Origin: Rebecca billardiae RCC1528 | Lineage: Eukaryota > Protista > Haptophyta | DNA length: 64,000 nucleotides | Direction of reading: 5' to 3' | NCBI GenBank assembly: GCA_965240325.2 | Contig: OZ251222.1 | Span: 2,666,001-2,730,000 of the forward strand | In this document: in pieces, positions 47,401 through 55,452 of the stretch | Layout of the letters: each line of letters begins with the position of its first letter | Numbering within the stretch: the stretch's first letter is position 1 | Notes under the pieces: model-generated | Told to the model about the DNA's origin: nothing | Seen by the model: the letters and a program-made list of their open reading frames with translations, nothing else | The model's database searches: none | Program-made: the position numbers and the translations under genes

Positions 47401-50400
47401 CGCCCAGCCCGCCACCGTCACCTTTGCCTCCGCCGAGCCCACCTCCCAGCCAGCCTCCGTCGCCGCCGCCATCCCCGCCGCCGACATCGCCACCCGCGCC
47501 GCCTCCAAGCCCGCCGCCGAGCCCGCCACCGCCCATGCTACCACCGAGTCCGCCACCGAGTCCGCCTCCAAGCCCCCCGCCCGCTCTGCCGCCGTCGCCA
47601 CCACCGAGCCCGCCACCGACACCTTTGCCGCCGCCGAGTCCACCTCCGAGCCAGCCTCCGTTGCCGCCGCCATCCCCGCCGCCGTCCCCACCACCCGCGC
47701 CGCCTCCAAGCCCGCCGCCCAGCCCGCCACCTCCGACAGCCCCGCCGAGTCCACCGCCAAGCCCGCCGCCGCTTTCGCCGCCTGGTCCGCCACCGTCGCC
47801 CCCACCAAGCCCACCGCCGTCACCTTTGCCTCCGCCGAGCCCACCTCCCAGCCAGCCTCCGTCGCCGCCGCCATCCCCGCCGCCATCGTTGCCACCCGCG
47901 CCCCCTCCAAGCCCGCCGCCCAGCCCGCCACCGCCCGTGCCACCACCGAGCCCGCCGCCAAACTTGCCGCCGCGCATGCCGCCTGTTCCGCCGCCGTCGC
48001 CTCCACCGAGCCCACCGCCGTCACCTTTGCCTCCGCCGAGCCCACCTCCTAGCCAGCCTCCGTCGCCGCCGCCGTCCCCGCCGCCATCGTCGCCACCCGT
48101 GCCGCCTCCAAGCCCGCCGCCCAGCCCGCCACCGCCAATGCCACCACCAAGCCCGCCGCCGATGCCGCCAACCCCTGTTCCGCCTCCAAGCCCGCCACCG
48201 GTGCCACCGCCGAGCTTGCCCCCGACTCTGCCGCCGTCGCCACCACCGAGCCCACCGCCGTCACCTTTGCCTCCGCCGAGCCCACCTCCCAGCCAGCCTC
48301 CGTCGCCGCCGCCGTCCCCGCCGCCGTCGTTGCCACCCGCGCCACCTCCAAGCCCGCCGCCGAGTCTCCCACCGCCAACGCTCCCGCCACGCCCGCCGCC
48401 AAGCCCCCCACCGCCCCCGCCGCCTGTTCCGCCGCCGTCGCCACCGCCGAGCCTACCACCGTCACCGTCGCCTCCGCCGAGCCCACCTCCCAGCCAGCCT
48501 CCGTCGCCGCCGCCGTCGCCGCCGCCGTCGTCGCCGCCCGCGCCGCCTCCAAGCCCGCCGCCCAGCCCGCCACCGCCCGCATTGCCGCCTGCCCCGCTGC
48601 CACCACCCCGCATCTCACCCTTGCCACCGCCACAGCCATCACTGCCACCGCACCGCCCGCCGCCCCCCCCTTCGGCACCGCCCGTACCACCACCGACACC
48701 ACCCCCGTTGGCGCCGCCGCCGCCCCCTCCGCCGCCGCTCCCTGTCCTCGGCTGCACGAACTCGGCTGCGCTCAACTTCAACGCGATCGCCACAGACGAC
48801 GATGGCAGCTGCATCCTCGAGACCAGGGGCTGCACTCTTTCGCTCGCGCCCAACTTCGACTCCCGCGCCGACGCAGACGACGGGAGCTGCGCCAAGTTCA
48901 CGGCTGGGTGCACGGATCGCACCGCGGCCAACTTTTACAGGCTCGCCGACGTCGATGACGGCAGCTGCTTCTTCTACGCCTACGGCTGCAACGAGCGCGG
49001 CGCGTGCAACTACGACGCCACGGCGACCGCGAGCGATGGCTCGTGCGAGTACTCGTGCTACGGCTGCACCGACGCGAGCGCTAGCAACTACGCCTCCGAG
49101 GCGACGGTCGACGACGGCGGGTGCGAGTTCATCTTCCGGGGCTGCACGAGCACCCTGGCCAACAACTACGATTCGACGGCCACTGTGATCTCTGGGTGCG
49201 TGTTCCCGCGGCCGGGCTGCCGCGACAGCCGCGCGTCCAACTTCGACTCCCTGGCGGACGCGGACGGCATCGCGTGCACCATCGAGGGCTGCGTGCTGCC
49301 CTCGGCGCTCAACTTCGACAGCGAGGCGACCAAGGACGACGGGACGTGCGTGCTGCCCGTGCGCGGCTGCACCGACCCGGCCGCACTCAACTTCCGCTCG
49401 GACGCAACCGTCGACTCTGGCCGCTGCGTGCTCCCCGTGCTCGGGTGCACGCTGACGAACGCGCTGAACTACGACCCCGCGGCCAATGCGGACGACGGCT
49501 CGTGCGAGCTGCCGGTTGTCGGCTGCACCGACCCCGAGGCGGCCAATTACCGCCGGCTCGCCACCGTCGACGCTGTGCCCAGCGTGTGCACGTACACCGG
49601 CTGCACAGACCCGTCGGCTCGCAACTTCGACGCGCGCGCAAGCATCGATGATCGGACTTGTCTCCGGCACATCGACGGGTGCACCGACCCGCTGGCCGCC
49701 AACTACGCGCGTGCCGCGACGCGGGACAGCGGCTTGTGCGTGTACGCGGGCTGCACCGATCCGCGAGCGACCAACTACGACGAGTCCACGACCATCGACG
49801 ACGGCTCGTGCAAGTTCGCCATCGCTGCCGGCACAGCGCGTGTACTCGTGCCTCTCGGCGGCTGCGAGATCAGCACGGTGAGCACCGAGGGCACGGCCTT
49901 GGACGCGGCGATGACGCGCCGCACCGGCGCGTTCCAGCTGTACTACACGAGCGCGGCCGCGCACGTGCTCCTCACGCCGGGCGGGTTCTGCCAGGACACG
50001 TACGGCGCTTCGTATGGCGTGTACCTCAGCTCGCCCGTGGACGCAGCCGAGCTCACGCCGCTGACGACGCTGTACGTCGCGCTGCTCGCGGGCGGCGTGC
50101 GCGTGGACGACGCGATCACGCGCGTCGCCACCTGCCTCGGGCTCGACGCGTCCCTCGACCTCCGCTTCTACTCGACGCTCGCGTACTTCTACGGCGACGT
50201 GCGCGCCCGGCCCGTCCTCGCGGCGCATCTCGTCGTCGTCGAGCTGCTGCGAGGCACGTACGCGCTCTATGGCAGCTCGTCTCGGGACGCGACCCAGCTC
50301 GACATTGAGACTGCAGCGGTCCTTGGCGTGCTCGACGCGTGTGAGGCAAGCAGCGGCGTGCAGGTGGACTTCTCAGACGCCGACACCGTCGAGGCAGTGC

Positions 50401-52871
50401 TCACCGCAGCCGGTGACACAGCCGGCGTGAGCGCGACTGACGCCGAGCGCGCCGCTGCCGCCGTCCGGATCGGTGTCGCCGTGGCGAACATCAACGCCGT
50501 GTGGAGTGGGACGCGCACGCGCCCGCGCCGCGCACTGCAAGAGTCGAACGGCACCGACGCCGACGAAGGCCTGGTCGTGGACACGTCGCACTTTGAGGCA
50601 TCGTACGAGGGCCTCAACGTGAGCGTGAGCGTGGGCTGTCTCGAAGCCGCTGCCGACAACTACGACTCGACCGCGACGGTGGACTCTGCGAACTGCACGG
50701 TGCGGGGGTGCACGGATGCGAACGCGACCAACTTTGAGGCCATCGCAACACACGACGACGGCAGCTGCGCCGCGGCCACCAAAGGGTGCACCGATGCATC
50801 CGCGACCAACTTTGCGTCCAACGCGACTGCCGACGATAGCAGCTGCGAGTACGCTGTCCTCGGCTGCACGGCACCCAACGCGTCTAACTTCGAGCTCGAG
50901 GCAACCATCGACGACGGCAGCTGCACCCCACGCGTGTATGGCTGTCTCGACACCGCGGCGCTCAACTTCGCCTCAAACGCGACCGACGCGGCGGAGGACG
51001 CCTGCGTGCTGCCTGTGGAGGGATGCCGTGAGAGCGCTGCCTACAACTACGCGCCGAACGCGACTGTTGACGGAGACGCGTGTGTGTACGCGGGCTGCAC
51101 CGACTCGACGGCGAGCAACTACGACGGCACTGCGACTGTCCCCGACGCGACCCAGTGCGCCTTTGCAATCTCGGGCTGCACCGACTCGGCCGCGAGCGGA
51201 TACGACTCACGCGCGACGCTTGACGACGGCTCGTGTGTCTACCTCGGCTGCACTGACACTGCCGCGCTCAACTTTGATGCAACTGCCACGTTCGACGATG
51301 GCACGTGCGCATTCCCGATCGTCGGCTGCACGCAGTCGCTCGCGCTCAACTTTGACGCGCTCGCCACCGCGGAGGGCCAAGGCGACCTGGCGTGTCTTTT
51401 CGCCGGGTGCACGGACTCAAGCGCGCTCAACTTTGACAGCTCGGCGAACGCCAACGACGGCTCGTGCGTGATCACTGTGCGCGGCTGTACGCGCACCGAT
51501 GCAATCAACTTCAACTCGCGCGCGACTGTGGGCGAGCCCGCCGACTGCGCCTTCCTTGGCTGCACAGACCCCATCGCCCTCGACTACGACTCGAACGCAA
51601 CTGTCAACTCTGGTGAGTGCGACTATGGCGTACCCGGCTGCGTCGACCCGTCGGCGTACAACTACGACGCGAACGCGACTGTGGACAACGGCGCATGCGA
51701 GTACGCTGGCTGCGTGAACACGCTGGCGCTCAACTACGACTCGACTGCGACGATCATGCGCGCAGGAGCGTGCACGTACCCGATAGGCGGGTGCACGCTC
51801 ACCTTCGCGGCGAATTTCAACCCGACCGCGACTGCCGACGATGGCTCGTGTGTCGTGCGCGGCTGCACGGACTCAGCCGCGACAAACTATTGGTCCCTCG
51901 CCAATGCGGACGACGGTGGCTGCACATTTGCCCCTCCGCCAGCCCCGCCACCGAGCCCGCCGCCTTCGCCCCCGCCGCCGTCAAGCCCGCCACTGCAACC
52001 TCCGCCGCCACCTTCGCCTCCACCTCCTGCGAGCCCACCCCCGACACCGCCCTCGCAGCCACCACCAGCAAGCCCGCCCTCACCCCCGCCGCTGCCCGAG
52101 GACTCCGTGCTGCTGGACGTCACCCTGGACATGGAGGTGGACGCGTTCAACGACACGGCGGTCCAGGCGAGCTACGTGCGTGGCCTCGCCGACGGGCTCG
52201 GCGTGCCCACCTCGCACGTCACCATCGAATCGTTCGCCGCTGGGTCGGTCGTCGTGCGCACGCAGGTCCTGGTGCCGCCGTCATCAGGCTCGTCTGCCGA
52301 CGTCCGCGATGTGCTCGGCGCTGTCAACGCGTCGACGATAGGCAGCTGGCTGGCCGTGTACGACAGCTCGCTGCGCGTCTCGGTGGACCCAGTGCTCATC
52401 CTCTCCCCTGGCAACGCCCCATCACCAGAGGACGATGGTGGCGATGGCAGCAAGGACGACTCGAGCGGCAGCCGTGGTGGACGTGGCAGCCGCAGTGATG
52501 GAGGTACGCCCACATTCAGGACGAGGGGGGGTGCTGTGCAGCTCACGCAAACCGAGCTCGAGCTTGCGATCGCGCTTCCAATTGTTGGGGTCCTGCTGAT
52601 CGCGGTTGCGTCCTACGCCGTCTACCGCCACATGTCCCGCAAGCGAGCTGTGCGGGTGACTCCAGAGGGGCTTGAGAGCAACTCGGATGGCGCTGCGTAC
52701 GCTACATCGGGCACTCCTGGACGCGCTGGCCGGCCTCCTCCGCCAGATGAGGTCACCCCATCGCCACTGCAAGCACAGCGCGCGCGTACAGCTCCGGTCG
52801 ATTCGGGCGAACGATCGGACATCCGGATGACAGATGACGACGATGACGAGGAGGCGGCCGAGTCCCGCTGA
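26466..52871 (+). CDS. Giant (~8,440 aa) type-I membrane adhesin/extensin-like protein: LRR modules, FG-GAP propeller, Ser-Pro rod, Cys-rich repeats, SEA-like domain, TM; 10 exons
   Basis: ATG at 26466 followed by a signal-like segment. Removing nine introns (1083 nt) from 26406 nt leaves 25323 nt = 8441 codons in one frame ending TGA at 52871. Each splice restores an exact 24-aa LRR (PTEVGQMGRFAQM|LLRDNLLVGSI). Repeat number depends on correct assembly. Confidence 0.85.
26999..27119 (+). other. Intron 1 of giant gene (121 nt)
   Basis: AT|GTGCGC...CCGCAG|G; restores the frame. Confidence 0.9.
28416..28536 (+). other. Intron 2 of giant gene (121 nt)
   Basis: GTGCGC...CGGCAG at the same position in the repeat unit. 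Confidence 0.9.
29851..29971 (+). other. Intron 3 of giant gene (121 nt)
   Basis: GTGCGC...CGGCAG. Confidence 0.9.
31268..31388 (+). other. Intron 4 of giant gene (121 nt)
   Basis: GTGCGC...CGGCAG. Confidence 0.9.
32703..32823 (+). other. Intron 5 of giant gene (121 nt)
   Basis: GTGCGC...CGGCAG. Confidence 0.9.
34120..34240 (+). other. Intron 6 of giant gene (121 nt)
   Basis: GTGCGC...CGGCAG. Confidence 0.9.
35178..36370 (+). other. FG-GAP/integrin-alpha-type beta-propeller domain within the giant protein
   Basis: Six GDxDGxG/N loops (GDLDGDGIPD, GDLDGDNVTE, GDLDGDGVPD, GDVDGDGVVD, GDLDGDGVPD, GDLDGGGNPS) with FG, VGAP and GAVYVL motifs. Confidence 0.9.
38384..38502 (+). other. Intron 7 of giant gene (119 nt)
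   Basis: GTGCGC...CCGCAG; the frame change matches a length of 119 nt. Confidence 0.9.
39934..40052 (+). other. Intron 8 of giant gene (119 nt)
   Basis: GTGCGC...CCGCAG. Confidence 0.9.
41487..41605 (+). other. Intron 9 of giant gene (119 nt)
   Basis: GTGCGC...CCGCAG. Confidence 0.9.
42399..48743 (+). repeat. Coding minisatellite: ~30 x 201 bp (67-aa Ser-Pro3 unit), ~2115 aa
   Basis: TCACCTTTG recurs at 42594, 42795, 42996 and onward (period 201). Unit reads SPLPPPSPPP(S/N)QPP... Confidence 0.95.
48750..51923 (+). repeat. 31 Cys-rich repeats GCxDxxAxN(Y/F)xxxAxxDDGSC in two blocks (14 at 48750-49811, 17 at 50634-51923)
   Basis: Counted in the translation of ORF 41487..52871. Confidence 0.9.
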
Positions 52872-53720
52872 CTGCGCTGTCCGTGAGGCCTGCGTGTGAT
52901 GTGCTACTGCAGCCTGCACCTGCCCCTGCGGCGCGCTGCCCGTGGCCGTGCGGCTGGCAGCTGCCGCGGCGGGTCTGCGCGGGCCCCGTCTGATAGGATG
53001 ACAATGACATATTGATGATATGTGACTGTGAGCTAGAATCCGATGACTGAGGTGACGACTAGCTTAGTAGTCATGCTCGCGACGCCCGACTAGCATCACG
53101 TCAGCCGCAGCCTGATGGAGGTACGCCCACATTCAGGACGAGGGGGAGTGCTGTGCAGCTCACGCAAACCGAGCTCGAGCTTGCGATCGCGCTTCCAATT
53201 GTTGGGGTCCTGCTGATCGCGGTTGCGTCCTACGCCGTCTACCGCCACATGTCCCGCAAGCGAGCTGTGCGGGTGACTCCAGAGGGGCTTGAGAGCAACT
53301 CGGGTGGCGCTGCGTACGCTACATCGGGCACTCCTGGACGCGCTGGCCGGCCTCCTCCGCCAGATGAGGTCACCCCATCGCCACTGCAAGCACAGCGCGC
53401 GCGTACAGCTCCGGTCGATTCGGGCGAACGATCGGACATCCGGATGACAGATGACGACGATGACGAGGAGGCGGCCGAGTCCCGCTGACTGCGCTGTCCG
53501 TGAGGCCTGCGTGTGATGTGCTACTGCAGCCTGCACCTGCCCCTGCGGCGCGCTGCCCGTGGCCGTGCGGCTGGCAGCTGCCGCGGCGGGTCTGCGCGGG
53601 CCCCGTCTGATAGGATGACAATGACATATTGATGATATGTGACTGTGAGCTAGAATCCGATGACTGAGGTGACGACTAGCTTAGTAGTCATGCTCGCGAC
53701 GCCCTACTAGCATCACGTCA
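52487..53720 (+). repeat. Tandem duplication (2 x ~617 bp) of the giant gene's TM, tail and 3'UTR
   Basis: TGATGGAGGTACG at 52496 and 53113; TAGCATCACGTCA at 53091 and 53708; about three substitutions between copies. Confidence 0.93.
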
Positions 53721-53900
53721 TCACTCGCGAAATAATTACGACGCGACTGCTATATATAGCATATAGCTGCTGCTGCTGATGCAGCTGACGATGATGATAT
53801 CGTCGTCATTATGCGCGCCTGCTGTCTGCTGACGACGTCGTCGCCGGTCGACTCGCGCTTCGCGGTCACGTCCGGCGTGATTATACCATTTAGCAGCCGG

Positions 53901-55406
53901 TCATGCGGTCGCTGTAGTAGCTGGATGTCGCTGATGACGACGCGAGGTGCTGTGATTTGTCCACCTCCCGTTCATCCCGCTGGCGGCCGCTGCCATCATT
54001 TCAGCCATCTGCTGCTGCGACTCGGACGATGCGGCAAGCAGCCTGCTGCGATGCTGCGACGTCGGTGCCGCCTCTGGCGCATACACGGGCCAGCGCGCAT
54101 ACCTGGGATCGCCCAGCAGCTGCGCGAGCTGCTCGTTGAACGGCCGGTAGAAGCCCTCCACCTCGGCACGCAGCGCGCTCGACATGGCCCACGAGCGCAC
54201 CTGCCCGCCGGGCGAGCGCTTGCGCGGCGGCCTGTGCGGCTTGGCCGCCATCGCGTCGAGCTCGGCGTCGGTGGCCTGCAGGCCGGTGAACGCCACGACG
54301 CGCGCGAGCACCGCACGGCGCGACGCGAAGAAGTCCTCGCTCAGCTCGAAGTGCGCGTCCGCTCGCCCGCCCACCGCCTCGAGCCAGTCGTGCACAAAGG
54401 GCGCGTACAGGCCCTTGATCAGCTGGTCGCAGTGGTAGTACAGGTCCTGCTGGGCTGACGAGAGGGCCTCAAACTTGAGCGCGCACGCACGCGCGCCGTG
54501 CCGCGCGGCGCATGCGCGGAACGCGCCGGCCTGCTCCTCCATGTACGCGCGCACGCCGTCCTCGCTGTCCCCGTAGTGCAGGTGGTACTGCCCGAACGAG
54601 AAGTACGCCGCCCAGAGCCGGTCGACCGGGTTGCGCAGCAGCGCGACCACGCGCAGCCGCGAGCCGTGCGCAAATGCCATCAGCCGCGGCAGCGTGAGCT
54701 CGGCGGGCGGCGCGGCGGCGGCGGCGGCGACCGGGCCGCCCGCGTTCGGCGGCGTTGCCACGTCGTTGCGCCACGCCATCTCCGCGCAGTGGTCGAGCTT
54801 GTAGTGGCGGCGGTCCTTGCAGCGCTCGGCGAACTGCGCGGGCAGCTGCTCGCGGTGGCACAGCTTGCCGCACCACGAGAAGGCGGAGTGGAAGGCGTGG
54901 TGCACGCGCTTCGACTCGCCCCACGTGAAGGTGAGCAGGTCGAGGTTCACGCTGAAGGAGAGCCGCCGCCCATCCGCCTCGATCGCGGGGACGGCGCCCT
55001 CCATATTCCCGCGCACGAACGAGGGGAATGGCGCGGCGGTGGGCGTGTACGTCCAGTGGTTGGTGAAGGGCTTGCGCGGCTGTGCAACGCTCGCGACGCC
55101 GCGGAGGAGGAGCTGCGCCAGCGATCGCGCCCCGCAGTTGTACCCGCCGATGATGTAGAAGGCGGGCAGGCAGCGCAGCGCGCCGCTGGTGCCGTTGCGC
55201 CAGCAAGGGTTGGCGGTTGCGCTCTCAAAGCGCGGCGGCAGGCCGACTGTCGTGTAGAAGTCGACCACGTCGCGCGCGACCGTGCGCGCGACGGCATCCA
55301 CGTCGGTCGAGTGGCTCGCCGTCCACTCGGGCGTGTACTCCCACGCCAAGGCGAGGCCCAAAACACGCAGCAGCACCAGCACGCGGCGCCCGCCGTGCGC
55401 GACCAT
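53901..55406 (-). CDS. CHST15 (GalNAc4S-6ST)-like sulfotransferase-fold protein with degenerate PAPS motifs (501 aa)
   Basis: ATG at 55406 with signal/anchor RVLVLLRVLGLALA; NPCW...LRCLPAFYIIG, LLRNPVDRLWAAY, GLYAPFVHDWL, FYRPFNEQLAQLLGD. The ORF-track extension to 55862 lies inside a transposon TIR. Confidence 0.8.
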   Translation of the reverse strand: MVAHGGRRVLVLLRVLGLALAWEYTPEWTASHSTDVDAVARTVARDVVDFYTTVGLPPRFESATANPCWRNGTSGALRCLPAFYIIGGYNCGARSLAQLLLRGVASVAQPRKPFTNHWTYTPTAAPFPSFVRGNMEGAVPAIEADGRRLSFSVNLDLLTFTWGESKRVHHAFHSAFSWCGKLCHREQLPAQFAERCKDRRHYKLDHCAEMAWRNDVATPPNAGGPVAAAAAAPPAELTLPRLMAFAHGSRLRVVALLRNPVDRLWAAYFSFGQYHLHYGDSEDGVRAYMEEQAGAFRACAARHGARACALKFEALSSAQQDLYYHCDQLIKGLYAPFVHDWLEAVGGRADAHFELSEDFFASRRAVLARVVAFTGLQATDAELDAMAAKPHRPPRKRSPGGQVRSWAMSSALRAEVEGFYRPFNEQLAQLLGDPRYARWPVYAPEAAPTSQHRSRLLAASSESQQQMAEMMAAAASGMNGRWTNHSTSRRHQRHPATTATA

Positions 55407-55452
55407 TTCACGCGCCACGCCGCTGTACCGACGTCGTCGTCGTCGGTGCGTC

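Noticed and set aside
42101-48052. 1983-aa Ala/Thr-rich alternative-frame ORF resembling antifreeze glycoprotein
   Set aside because: Frame-shifted reading of the same repeat; no ATG start or signal peptide, and variation falls at third codon positions of the Pro/Ser frame.
42399-48743. CRISPR-like or non-coding satellite interpretation of the regular repeats
   Set aside because: No unique spacers and no cas genes; the context is eukaryotic and the repeats are in-frame coding sequence.
41426-48931. 2501-aa Gly-rich antisense ORF and 1893-aa Ala-rich antisense ORF
   Set aside because: Shadows of the CCN-rich Ser-Pro repeat, which rarely yields stops in other frames. The sense frame is continuous with recognisable domains on both sides.
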